The notes beneath the pieces were generated by a model. That model ran no database searches, was not told the DNA's origin, and was given only the letters and a program-made list of their open reading frames with translations. The position numbers were made by a program, and so were the translations under genes. A DNA stretch of 63,829 bases, the filler included, from Chiloscyllium plagiosum (lineage: Eukaryota), in NCBI RefSeq assembly GCF_004010195.1. It is 5 parts of one record of this genome, joined end to end, with 100 filler letters (N's around TTAATTAATTAA, not from the genome) between each part and the next. Parts side by side here need not be neighbours in the genome. Positions count along the whole stretch, not along the records: positions 1 to 19,876 come from NC_057711.1; positions 19,977 to 50,766 come from NC_057711.1; 3 more parts are not named here. One strand, given 5' to 3'. Below are positions 13,091 to 24,413 of the stretch, in pieces (position 1 is the stretch's first letter; each line of letters opens with the position of its first letter).

Positions 13091-13485
13091 CCATATTTTA
13101 TATCACCATGATAATGTAGAAATGGCTTTGATACTGATAAGCACATCCTATGAAAGAACAGAAAATAAACTAAATACTTAGAGAATTTCCTTCATATACC
13201 AATTTCAGCTGGTAGCCTGCAGACTATCACTGAGACCTAGAATGGACTGATTTCCCTTTGCAGTTTCTGATATTGGTCTCCATCTGTTTCCTTCACTTAT
13301 CCTCCCATGGCCCACCTCCCCCCCCACCTCCCCAAAATAATTACCCAATCCAACTCCTCACTGGCTTCATGCAGATAGGTTAAAGGTTCCCTCCATCTTA
13401 CTGAACACAGATCAGAGAAGATTATACATTTGCCACAGTTCCAATGTTGATTGTTATTCTGGTAGGAGGCACAACTGAAAATGAG

Positions 13486-13618
13486 ACAAAAGTAGATACT
13501 GCAGATGCTGGAGATTAGAGTCAAGATTAGTTGAAGAGCTTTTGTCCAAAACGTCGATTTTCCTGCTCCTCGGATGCTGCCTGGCCTGCTGTATTTTTCC
13601 AGCGCCACTCTCACCTTG
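13486..13618. mobile_element. Inverted two-piece PLE-A mini-element
   Basis: Perfect 15-bp TSD ACAACTGAAAATGAG at 13471-13485 and 13619-13633. Confidence 0.88.
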
Positions 13619-14635
13619 ACAACTGAAAATGAGGTGCAGCTTAGCTGTGATGTCCCACATAATCAAATTGTATGATCACGGTCAGGAGGTCACTCACAAA
13701 TAACATCAAGCCACACATCCATACCATAGTGAGGAGTCACTGTTACCTTAGGAATGTAAGAGAGAGAGAGAGAACTGGCAAGAGAAGAAAAGAACAAGTT
13801 GCTTGAAAATTAGCCAATACACTTGTTTTTATAAAACCATTAGGACGGCTAAAGATTAATTGATTCATTCACAATATAGATTGAAATACATGCCAAAATC
13901 TCTGAGGCAGCAAATGAACTAAAAGACCACAAAATGATTTACTAGAATCCTTGTTAGTTATAGTCTTATTTCACTTTAACATTTGTAACAAATTTTTCCC
14001 ATAAATTTTTAACAATGGAACTTATGAGAGAGTGCTAATGAAAACCAGGAATAATGGAATATTTCCAGGCCTTGACAACATCACGATTCTGGTTGGATTG
14101 TAATAACAAAGCAGTAATGTTAATATCTTTTCGGTAATGATCATTAGGAAGAGGGGCCTGCAATGATTACAATACCCAGCACATTCTGAAATCTGCCGCA
14201 CAAGCAGACTAATCTCACCATCCAATCATGGTAATCATCCACTCTGCACTGCCTCTTTACTGTGATTGTTTTTGCATTACTTTTCAATGCTGCCATCCTT
14301 TTTTTCCCAGTTTTAAGACTAGGTCTTTGGAACTAAAATCCTGCACCCGTTTATCTTTAGCAGCATGTCCCACTTTAATGCATTTCCATACAAGTCTGCG
14401 TGAATTGCCCAGAATAACAGGCCATTTGATTGTGGAGAGTGTTTATTGCATTCCCACATTGTCCACCCCTCACCCCTGGAAGGATTTCTGGCTGATTTTG
14501 TCTGTTCCCCAATACTGCAACAGTGTGATCACCAACACAGTGGATATTTGCTTAACCCTATGGCAATTGTGAATTAAACCTTGAACCTTTCTAAGTGTCA
14601 CCGATGAATTAGTAGGTAAATCAGTTGGAGATTAC

Positions 14636-14725
14636 AGGAGAAAGTGAGGTCTGCAGATGCTGGAGATCAGAGCTGAAAATGTGTTGCTGGTAAAGCACAG
14701 CAGGTCAGGCAGCATCCAAGGAACA
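14636..14725 (-). mobile_element. PLE-A pseudo-LTR 3' fragment
   Basis: GGAGAAAGTGAGGTCTGCAGATGCTGGAGATCAGAGCTG...GCAGCATCCAAGG. Confidence 0.8.
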
Positions 14726-14852
14726 ACCCTGCTGCACAGAGTAAAGCACACTGTCCAGGCTAATCCTGTTTGGCACAGAAGTTCTGCTGCTTTTCAGGTG
14801 TGACATCAAAGCAGGAGGCCTGTCTACCTTTACAGGTGCTTAATTTGGAGAA

Positions 14853-15126
14853 TCAGAGAATTCTTATAGTGTGGAAAGAGGCCAATCAGCCCATCACGTC
14901 GCACCGACCCTCTGAAGAGCATCACACTCAGAGCCAACCCCCTCACCCTACCCCCGCAACCCCACACCCACCATGGCTAACCTACCTAGCCTGCATGTCC
15001 CTGGATACTATGGACAATTTAGCATGGCCAATCCACCTTGCCTGCACATCTTTGAGACTGTGGGAGGAAACTAGAGCACCTGGAGGAAACGCAAGCAGAG
15101 ATGGGGGAGAACATGTAAACTCCACA
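14853..15126 (-). mobile_element. HE1/V-SINE-type SINE, 5'-truncated
   Basis: CAATTTAGCATGGCCAATCCACC...CTGTGGGAGGAAACTAGAGCACCTGGAGGAAAC. Confidence 0.82.
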
Positions 15127-15269
15127 TGGGTTACTAGTCTCAAGAAGACTGGTGTCCTGGCCAAAAATTATCCAACCACAACTTGGACATATATAGCACC
15201 TAAAACTGTTGAAAGAATCCTGACATATGGAATATCGCACTGAAGCTCAAGATTAGGCGAGATGTACAA

Positions 15270-16300
15270 ACATTTTTTTCTAAGGGGGTGTCTTAAAGGA
15301 GGAAAGGAGTGGCAAGATGTGACCAAGGTTTAGGATGGGAATTCTAGAATTTTGTTTGAAGATGTCAGAAGACTCTGTTGCTGGTGTAGAGAGATTAATG
15401 TTGGGGATAATCAGGAAGAGGGTAGATATCTTGACGCATTATAGGGCGTAAAGGATATAGGGGAGCAGTGAGGCCATGAAGGGATTTGAAACCAAATTTG
15501 TCACCTAATGACTGGGAGCCAATGTGGGTCAGGAGTGATGGGTAATCACGACTTGGAGTGAACTAGGACAGCGACAGCAGAGATTTGGATGACCTTGAGT
15601 GTACAGATGGCGGGAGATGCTAAACCAGTCGGGAGTGAGGTGGAAACAGGTGCAATTGCAACATTTAAAAGGCATCTGGATGGGTATATGAATAGGAAGC
15701 ATTTAGAGCGATATGGGCTGGTGCTGGCAAATGGGACTAGGTCAGATTGGGATGTCCCTGGTTGGCCCAGATGAGTTGAGCTGTAGGGTCTGTTTCCGTG
15801 CTTACGACTCTATGAATAGATGACTGTATGGGGGCATTGGAATACTCAAGCCTAGAACTGGATAGTTTCAATAGCTGAGAAGTTATGATATGAGTAGAGC
15901 CGAGCGATGTTACAGGGTCAGACACAGGAGATCTCAATTATAATGTTGCTGTGTGGTTTGATGCTCATCTCAGGATCAAATTTGACAGCAAAGTAGTGAA
16001 CAATGTGGTTCAGCATCAGGCAGTCATCAGAGAGAGGGATGTACTCAGTAACAGGGAACAGTTCATGGTGGAAAACAAAGACACTCTCCAATGTTGACTT
16101 GGAGGGGGTTTTGACTGATTAATTCACCACTGGATGTCTGACAACTAGACAATTGAGAGACAACGGAGGGTATGAAAGTGGTAGCAATGGCATTGAGCTA
16201 GGTATCATTGGCTGGTGTTCAGTTCTCGTAGACGCTGCCAATGGGTAATGTATAGATAAGGAATAGCAGGGATAACAGATTGGAGCAGCAGATTCATTTG
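15270..16300 (-). mobile_element. Old L2-like LINE remnant containing a plus-strand HER1/CR1 3' insert (~15637-15815)
   Basis: GTGTCTTAAAGGAGGAAAGG...GGGAGCCAATGT...CAGCAGAGATTTGGATG is typical of antisense L2 RT. The insert encodes ATFKRHLDGYMNRK. Confidence 0.6.
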
Positions 16301-16321
16301 TGGATGATTCCCTGGTTGGAC

Positions 16322-16525
16322 AAGGTAAAGTCACCATAGCCCCAGAGGATCACAGGGCTGCTCTCTTATTAGAGAGGGCTGACTGGTGGTGGTTTAATCG
16401 GAGGGTCACCATGCCTCAGGTAAGTGGAGAGACTGAGAAGGTGGGAGCCTCTTGGTAACTTCAGCCAGTGCGGGGAAATGAACCCACACTGAGGTGTCAC
16501 TCTGCATCGTAAAGGAGCTGCCTGA
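16322..16525 (-). mobile_element. tRNA-headed SINE family 2
   Basis: B-box-like GGGTTCATTTCC on the minus strand; core shared with 12915-13090 and 49918-50115. Confidence 0.65.
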
Positions 16526-16625
16526 GGTCACCAAACTTCATCTCCTCTGTAGATAACTATGAAACTGAGTAATTGCATTGCAACCTTTGGAGTTTGGCAT
16601 TTTGACAAGTGGATATGACAATCAT

Positions 16626-16782
16626 GTAAGGAAACTGCTATTCTTACCCAGTCTGGCCTATGTGTGACTCCAGACCCACAGCAATGTGGTTGACTCTTAA
16701 CTGCCCTCTGGACAATCAGGGATGGGCCATAAATGCTGACCTGGACAGTGGACACCCACATCCTGTGAATGAGTTTAAAAAA
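16626..16782 (+). mobile_element. tRNA-headed SINE family 3, 3' part
   Basis: GTGACTCCAGACCCACAGCAATGTGGTTGACTCTTAACTGCCC...GGATGGGCCATAAATGCTG, A-rich end. Confidence 0.7.
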
Positions 16783-17469
16783 GAGAGTCAAGATAACAGT
16801 TCAAAGCAGCTAAAAAGGGAGATACACCAGAGAAGGAGGATGTGGTCAATTTAGTGCAAGGCTGCAGACAAATCGAGAATCCATGCAAATGAATATCCTC
16901 CTACCCCTCTGTGACTATTATTCTCAGTATTTGTAATAACTAGCTGTAGCCTCTCTTTCTCAATGCTTTCAATGAGCTTAATTACTCGCAGTGCTTGTTG
17001 TGACATTCCAGAATTACACCTTCCATCAGTCAATGATGCTTTTCTGACAAAGAATCATTCAACTGATACCCTGTCTCTGATACTCTCAATAGACTTGCTG
17101 CCCGAGCGTTCAGTTTTCCAGCACCCAAAGTATTTTGGTATATTCTTTTCACTGTTGTCACTATGTGTTTAGGAAACATTCTCAGTACTCTGCCATAATG
17201 TACAGCATTCAGTTGGTGCTGGAAAACAGGCATTGGTTCATATATCTTTCGCCAGCTCAGGGCTGTTACTGAATATGTTTCAGGGGAGAAAAACATCAGC
17301 AGGCTGATCAATATTTGCTCTGGGATTCTGTGCAATGACCTTGTACATCAAATTAAAGGTTTTCCATTCCTGATGAAATTGGCTCAGATAAGCATTGCTT
17401 CTCTAGCAGCAGAGGTGTGTTGTTGTATCATTCTAATCCAATTCTCAAGAGCTGCCTGGTTAGGTTACG

Positions 17470-17560
17470 CAGTTGCTGGAAAAGTTCAGCTGGTCTGGCA
17501 GCATCTGTGAAGAGAAATCAGAGTTAACGTTTTGGTTCTGGTGACCCTCCCTAAGAACTG
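17470..17560 (-). mobile_element. PLE lineage D pseudo-LTR fragment with a decayed HHR
   Basis: GGTCTGGCAGCATCTGTG...GAGTTAACGTTTT...GTGACCCT; related to 45048-45242 and 20930-21060. Confidence 0.6.
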
Positions 17561-17561
17561 G

Positions 17562-18257
17562 GCGTCCTTGTGTCACGGAAGGTAAGCATGCAGGTGCAGC
17601 AGGCGGTAAAGAAGGTAAATGTTCTGTTGGCCTTCATTGTGAGAGGTTTCGAGTCCAGGAGCAGGGATGTGTTGCTGCAGACATAAAGGGTCTTGGTGAG
17701 GCCACCCCTAGAATATTGTGTTTTGGTCTCCTTTTGTGGGGAAGGATGCTCTTGCTCTCGAGGGAGTGCAGCGAGGGTTTCCCAGTCTGATTCTGGGGAT
17801 GGCGGGACTGACGTATGAGGAGAAATTGACCCAGTTAGGATTGTTTTCGCTGGAGTTCAAGTGAATGAGGAACCTCATAGAGACCTATAAAATTCGAACA
17901 AGACTAGGCAGGGTAGATGCAGGGAGGATGTTCCAAATGGGGGTGCATCCAAAGTCAGGGGTCACAGTCTGAAGATTCAGGGTAAACCATTTAGGATGGA
18001 GATGAGGAGACATTTCTTCTCCCAAGGAGTGGTGAGCCTGTGGAATTCATTACCACAGAAAGTAGTTGATGCCAAAACATTAAATGTATTCAAGAGGCAG
18101 CTAGATATAACACTTGGGGCAAATGGGATCAAAGGTTATTGGGAGAAAGCAGGATTAGGCTATTGAGTTGGATGGCCAGCCATGATCATGATGAATGGTG
18201 GAGAAGGCTCAATGAGTCAAATGGCCACCTCCTGCTCCTATCTTCCATGTTTCTATA
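17562..18257 (+). mobile_element. CR1 3' fragment
   Basis: AAGAAGGTAAAT...TTGGCCTTCATT, GAGACATTTCTTCTCCCAA and tail AATGGCCACCTCCTGCTCCTAT. Confidence 0.85.
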
Positions 18258-18722
18258 TAACCACAATCAGGGACAATGCAGCACCTTTAACATCATCCAA
18301 AAGCATTTGAACAAGCAAAGAGACTTTGAGACTGGGTCACATGAGGTGATCAAAAGTTGGACAATGAGCCAGGCTTTAAGAAGTGTCTTACAGAAGGAGC
18401 AAGAAGTAGAGAGGTTTAGGGAGTGAATTCCAAAGCTTGTGTCCTTGGTCAATGCATGGTTGTAACTACTGTGATGTGATGAAGTTTAAGGATGTGTAGG
18501 AGGTGTTGTAGAGCTGGAAGAAGACAGGGAGGCATATCAGAAATAGGTATATGAGTGGGTCATTCAGTCCTTTGGCTCGATTCCATTAGATCATGGTTGA
18601 TCTTCAGCTACAACTCCATCTTCTCACCCATTCTCTGCATTCCCCGAGAGACCTAACGTCTGTCAAAGCCAGCTGTACATGTGTTCAATGGTGGAGCATT
18701 TGCAAGCCTTGATGGGAGAGAA

Positions 18723-18935
18723 TTTCAATGATTCGATTAGATTACTTACAGTAATCTAATCGAATCATTGAAAGATTAGATTAGATTAGATTAGATTAGA
18801 TTAGATTAACATCATCCAAAAGCACTTGAACAAGCAAAGAGACTTTGAGACTGGGTCACATGAGGTGATCAAAAGCTTGGACAATGAGCCAGGCTTTAAG
18901 AAGTATCTTACAGAAGGAGCAAGAAGTAGAGATTC
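18723..18935. repeat. 23-bp perfect inverted repeat, (GATTA)n, and a 127-bp copy of 18287-18412, all inserted in a minus-strand CR1 tail
   Basis: TTTCAATGATTCGATTAGATTAC-ttaca-GTAATCTAATCGAATCATTGAAA (18723-18773). 18806-18932 is nearly identical to 18287-18412. Confidence 0.92.
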
Positions 18936-19281
18936 ATAACGCTTTGAGTGAAGACACTGCTCTTCATTTCAGACCGAAAGCATTTGCACCTTCAGAGATG
19001 ATCTGAGATAACACCACAGCTTGTACCACTATGGCACTTTTAACTCGAGGTCCAAAGTCACTTTGCAGGACCAATTATCAAAGATGTGTCCTCGTGTTCG
19101 AAATGATCCAGCTGTAGAAACAAAGGCTCAAGACATTTGCAGAGATTTTAAAATAAAGTGGGATTGTTGGATCTGGGAACAGGAGCCTATGGTCTGTAAG
19201 GACGTGTCTGGTTTGAGGGTAGGGGAGGGATGTAAGTTCAGGAAGCGTGCTGTATCCCAGGGGTGTTTCCAATCTGTGTCT

Positions 19282-19319
<38 letters not shown>
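19282..19319. repeat. Poly-G tract (38 nt)
   Basis: Directly visible in the sequence. Confidence 0.95.
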
Positions 19320-19320
<1 letters not shown>

Positions 19321-19701
19321 GGTTTGTTAGGTAAGAATGGATTTTATTAAATAGTTTCTTAAGAGTTTAGCATGCTTGCCTTTATTGCTTTTGAGTATAG
19401 GAGAGGTTTATCAAATCATGAGGATGACTAATAATGTGAATGGCAAATGTCTTTTCCAGAGGATGGGGGATTTCAAGACTAGGGGACAGATTTTGAAGGT
19501 GAGAGGAGAAGGTTTAAAAAAGACATGAAGGGCTACTTTTTTACACAGAGAGTGGATTACGGGTGGAATGAACTTCCAGAGGAAATGGCTAATGTGAGTA
19601 CAGTTACGACATTTAAAAAATATTTAAGTACCTGAATAAGAAATGTTGGGAAGGATATGGGCCAAGGGCAGGCAGCTGAGGCTAGTTTAGATTGGGATTA
19701 T

Positions 19702-20333
19702 AGATTGGAGTGGTGCTGGGAAAGCACAGCAGTTCAGGCAGCATCCGAGGAGCAGGAAAATCAACGTTTCAGGCAAAAGCCCTTCATCAGGAATAGAGGC
19801 AGAGTGCCTGCAAGATGAAGAGATAAATGAGAGGAGGGTGGGGGTGGGGAGAAAGTAGCATAGAGTACAATAGGTGNNNNNNNNNNNNNNNNNNNNNNNN
19901 NNNNNNNNNNNNNNNNNNNNTTAATTAATTAANNNNNNNNNNNNNNNNNNNNNNNNNNNNNNNNNNNNNNNNNNNNCCAGGGCATCAATGTGGACTTCAT
20001 CAGTTTCCTCATTTCCCCCTCCCCCACCTCACCCCAGTTCCAACCTTCCAGCTCAGCCCTGCCTATCTTCCTTTCCACCTATCCATTCCACCCTCCTCCC
20101 TGACCTATCACCTCCATCCCCACCCCCATTCACCTATTGTACTCTATGCTACTTTCTCCCCACCCCCACGCTCCTCTCCACTCTGCAGGCACTCAGACTC
20201 TATTCCTGATGAAGGGCTTTTGCCTGAAACGTCGATTTTCCTGCTCTTCGGCTGCTGCCTGACCTGCTGTGCTTTTCCAGCATCACTCTGATCTAAACTC
20301 TGGTTTCCAGCATTTGCAGTCCTTGTTTTTACC
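19702..20333. mobile_element. PLE-A insertion with inverted pseudo-LTRs around a gap; HHRs at 19763-19790 (-) and 20206-20233 (+)
   Basis: 19977-20010 encodes the GIY-YIG C-terminal end (QGINVDFISF). Near-TSD TAGATTGGGATTAT / TAGATTGGATTAT. Confidence 0.88.
19877..19976. other. 100-bp gap, N44-TTAATTAATTAA-N44 (artificial linker); identical at 50767-50866, 56380-56479 and 60943-61042
   Basis: The same 44+12+44 layout appears four times. The linker has stops in all six frames. Confidence 0.97.
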
Positions 20334-20929
20334 TAGATTGGATTATGGTTGGTGGAGACTGATTAGTCTGAAGGGTCTGTTTCCATGCTGTATGACTCTG
20401 AGTTAGGCAGTGTATTTGATAGTGCAACTTTTCCCGAATAAGTATTATACTTCATTTTATCAGAACCATCCAAACTTTCTGATTCAAATGCCAACTTGCA
20501 TATGGTTCAGGGCACAGATGAATTGCCCTGGGGAAAATTCAATCTCCCAAACAATTCCTTTGGTGTGTGCTACAATGCAGTTTCTGTCGGATTCTCATAT
20601 ACAACTCCCACCTACACTGGAGTATCGTCTGTTTGGCCAATGGAAAATCTACCTGAGGAGTATGGTACATCACGGATAACCCCATGCTCCGGAGTGGGGT
20701 TGAAACATGAAAGATGAAACTTCAGTTAGACTCCACTTGGGTGAGTCTGAGCCAGAGGCAGTCACCAAGGAATGTGATATGGCTGTGGAAACGAGTTTTG
20801 GCAACACCTTGTTGAAAACAAAAATAATGATGCTGGACAAGAAGAACAATTAAAACAGGAAAACAGAGAGGAGTAGAACGTTTTCACCGTGGGCATGCCT
20901 GGAAGAGGTGTGGCGGTGAGTTAAACATT

Positions 20930-21060
20930 AAAATAAAACAAAGAGCTGCAGAGATTTGAGACAAACAGAAACAGAAATTGCTGGGGAAACTCAACAGGTC
21001 TGGCAGCATCTGTGGAGAGAGAAAGCAAAGTTAATGTTGAGTTCAGTGACCCCCCCCCCC
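20930..21060 (-). mobile_element. PLE lineage D-like pseudo-LTR fragment
   Basis: ACAGAAATTGCTGGGGAAACTCAACAGGTCTGGCAGCATCTGTGGAGAGA. Confidence 0.6.
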
Positions 21061-21233
21061 TTAAAATCTGCTCTCTTCTTTTGACATCCATCCTACCCAC
21101 ACCTCCTTAATCACACCAGACGACATTCCTCTCATATTAAAAATATGCCCCCTGGTCTGGAAATCCCCCATCCTAGGGAAAAGTGAAAATTGGTCAGAGA
21201 TGAGTTGTGTGAAGGAAATTTCACCTCACTAAG

Positions 21234-21553
21234 GGTGGCATAATGGCTCAGTGGTTAGCACTGCTGCCTCACAGCGTCAGGGACCTGGGTTCACTTCCAG
21301 CCTCGGGAGACTGTGTGGAGTTTGTACATTCTCCCCGTGTCTGCATGGGTTTTCTCTGGGTGCTCCAGTTTCCTCTCATGATCCAAAGATGTGCAGGTTA
21401 GGTGAGTTGGCCTTGTTAAATTGCCCATAGTGTTCAGGGGTGTGTAGGTTAGGGGTAAATGTAGGGGAATGGGTTTGAGTGGGATACTCTTTGGAGGGTC
21501 AGTGTGGACTTGTTGGGGCAAAGGGCCTGTTTTAACACTGGATGGATTCTATG
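21234..21553 (+). mobile_element. Full-length HE1/V-SINE-type SINE
   Basis: A box TGGCTCAGTGG, B box GGTTCACTTCC, V domain GTGTGGAGTTTGTACATTCTCCCCGTGTCTGC, HER1-like tail AAGGGCCTGTT...GGATTCTATGA. Confidence 0.9.
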
Positions 21554-22304
21554 ATCATTCAATGAAAAGATACCTGCTGTTCACCTTATTCATGCCCCTC
21601 ATGATTTTATAAACCTCTATATGTTTCAATGAAGCAGGATTGAATCAGACAGCACTGGTGGAGGACGATTGCTCCATCCAGCCTGTGCCAGCTCCCTGAA
21701 AGAGCTATCAAATTAGCCCTGACCTTTTGCTGTAGCTCTGAAAATGCTTCTTTTTTAATCATTTCTCCAATTTCCTTCAAAAGCCTTTTTTGAAGCTGCT
21801 TCTACCACCCGGGCTGGCAGTGCCCTGAGGTCACAGCAATTCTGAGTTAAAAACGAGCCATGGAGCGTCAATGTAATCAGTATCTGCTTCCAGGATGAAG
21901 CCTGTAAGCAAAGCATTCATGGCAGGAGCTACCTCCCTGGTAACAAGGAGTGCAGCTGCAGCTACAAGAGAGAACGATTATACAGCTCAACATTTCCAAT
22001 GTGAGAAGTGTCAGAAAGAAACTATGCCACTCAGTCGGAACTAATTCAGACACTGCGACTCAGTTGTGGCCAGATAGATAGTTCTGAGCTTCTAAATTTT
22101 ACAAGAAAGATAATCTCTGTATGTCCATCTTCTGTTCAGCATCAGTAAGCAAAGCTCAAAGAAACCGCCTGCTGTATTCTCAGATATAATATCAGCCGTG
22201 ATGTGGATGTGCTTATGCCTCGATTCCGATTTACATCACGGAGTGGAATGTCAGTCTTTCTACCCATGTGTGGCTGGGATAGAGTTTGAACTTTACACTA
22301 TTGC

Positions 22305-23270
22305 TGCGAAGTATAAGAGCAGGGAAGCCTTGCTGCAGCTGTACAAGGTGATGATGAGGCCACCTGTGCAGCACTATGGGCAATTTGAGTCCCTGTATTG
22401 AAGAAAAGGCATCATCACATGAGATCTAGTTCAGAGAGGGTTCACAAGGATGATCACTGAGATGGAGGGGTTTTCTTATGGCACGGATTAAACAGATTGG
22501 GATTCACTGGAGGTTAGAAGAATGAGAGATCGTCTCTTTGAAACGTCTAGGAATCTTAAGAGGTTTGACAGGGCAAATGCTGAGATGGTATTTCCCCTCA
22601 TGGGTGAATCCAGGAACAGAGGGCATAGTCTCAGAATGAATGGGTTCCAACTTAAGACTGAGATGAGGAGGAATTTCTTCTCTCAGAGGTTTGAGAGTCA
22701 TTGCAATGCCATGCCACAGATTGCTGTGTGGACAGATTCCTTTTGCACATTTAAGGCTAAGATAGAGGCATGGTGGCTCAGTGGTTAGCACTGCTGCCTC
22801 ACAGCATCAGGCATCTGGGTTTGATTCCAGCCTTGGGTGACTGTCTGTGTGAGGTTCGCACATTCTATCCGTGTCTGCTTGGGTTTCCTCTGGATGCTCC
22901 GGTTTCCTCCCACAATCCAAAGATGTGCAGGTCAGGTGGGTTGGCCATGCTAAATTGACCATAGCATCCAGGGATGTGCAGGTCAGGTGCATTATCCATG
23001 AGAAATGCAGAGTGATAGGGTATGGGGCTTTGTCTGGAGGGAATGTTCTTCAGAGGGTCGGTGTGGACTCAATGCGCCAACTGGTCAATTTCCACACAGT
23101 AGGGATTCTATGATAGATTATTGATCAGTAAGGAATCAAGAGTAATCAGGAAAAGGCAAGGAAGTGACCATGAGGAGTGTTGGATCAGCCGTGATCATAT
23201 TGAACGGCAAAGCAAGCTCGAGAGGCTGAATGGCCTACTCCTGTTCCTTTGGCCTTACATTCTTATGGAG
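22305..23270 (+). mobile_element. CR1 3' fragment interrupted by an HE1-type SINE
   Basis: KYKSREALLQLYKVMMRP and EMRRNFFSQR. Tail GAGGCTGAATGGCCTACTCCTGTTCCT. Confidence 0.82.
22767..23111 (+). mobile_element. Full-length HE1/V-SINE-type SINE
   Basis: A/B boxes, V domain, internal duplicated GATGTGCAGGTCAGGTG. TSD GATAGA at 22761-22766 and 23112-23117. Confidence 0.9.
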
Positions 23271-24186
23271 CATATGTCACATACTCAGACAATGACAAAA
23301 CGATACTGTCCACAGTTTTGCAAGCATGGTGTTAGATGAAAAAACAAAACCAAATACCAGCAAGCACGAGCAGGCTCCTTCACATGAAGCAGAAACCCGT
23401 GAATTAGAAAGCTTTAGACTGATCACAACTTTTAGCTGGATATGGACTTCAATTAAACATACATTATTATTATCCTGCTCAGAAGCTTAGCACATTGGGA
23501 ATAAGAAAATATTTTCTTCATTAATGAGGATACATCCGATAATCCAATACTGGATCAGCATTTGTGAGGCCCAACATAGACAAACAGTTGTCTGAGTGGG
23601 TTTCAGATCTTTCGAGGCGAAATAATGATGTTTCTCAGTGTTCACAAGGAATATAAGAAATACAAGAAGCAGGTGTAAGTACCAGGCATATACAGAGACA
23701 GCTGGTCTTGCTTAGGTTAGATAGTGACCTAGACTAGTAATTCCAGGTCCAAGTTAGGCCTACACCTGACTCCAGGCCTCTGTAAGAGCTTCACAAACCA
23801 CTCACTTCAAGGGCATTTCGGGATGGGAAACAAATGCTACCCTTATCAGCGAGATCCACATCTCAAAAAAGAAAAATAAGAAAATCTGTGTTGACTCAAT
23901 GAGGTTAGAAATCAAAAAATCAGTCAAAATACTAAAACCATAAAACAGAACATGAAATTTGTGACTCATTCTAAAGAGTGCATGTGCATCACTCTAGGTC
24001 CTCCCCAGCTGGGGCCACCCATTGGTAAGTAATGCTTAAGATAATCGCACATCGTCACATGCTTTTTCAACTTCCTTCATTTGTAAATCTTAGTGTCTGG
24101 AGAGAAAATAGAGTCAGAGTCTGTAAAGGTAACGCGCAACATGTTCTGCTGCAAGGAACTGAAACTGAGTTAATCTGAGCACAGAG

Positions 24187-24413
24187 CTGGAAATGTGTTG
24201 CTGGAAAAGCGCAGCAGGTCAGGCAGCATCCAGGGAACACGAGAATCGACGTTTCGGGCATAAGCCATTCTTCAGCCCTTCTTCATTCCTGAAGAAGGGC
24301 TTATGCCCGAAACGTCGATTCTCCTGTTCCCTGGATGCTGCCTGACCTGCTGCGCTTTTCCAGCAACACATTTCCAGCTCTGATCTCCAGCATCTGCAGA
24401 CCTCACTTTCTCC
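24187..24413. mobile_element. Young fold-back PLE-A mini-element with an HHR in both polarities
   Basis: About 90-bp inverted arms. 15-bp TSD AATCTGAGCACAGAG at 24172-24186 and 24414-24428. Confidence 0.92.
24289..24316 (+). ncRNA. Minimal hammerhead ribozyme core; antisense partner at 24248-24275
   Basis: CTGAAGA-A-GGGC(TTAT)GCCC-GAAAC-GTC. Confidence 0.78.

Larger units (their letters stand above)
19365..20400 (+). mobile_element. CR1 3' fragment split by a PLE insertion
   Basis: TTTTTTACACAGAGAGTGG...GGAATGAACTTCCAGAGG. The tail resumes at 20334 (GAAGGGTCTGTTTCCATGCTGTATGACTCT). Confidence 0.8.

Noticed and set aside
19282..19319. Poly-G tract as a functional G-quadruplex or a poly-Gly ORF (19021-19350)
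   Set aside because: The homopolymer length is unreliable and may be a sequencing artefact. The ORF has no other support.
19921..19932. TTAATTAATTAA palindrome inside N runs (four copies)
   Set aside because: Always centred in an exactly 100-bp gap. It is an artificial six-frame-stop spacer, not biology.
21240..21300. tRNA-like A/B boxes (also 22770 and 53790-53850)
   Set aside because: These are heads of HE1-type SINEs continuing into the V domain and LINE tail, not tRNA genes.
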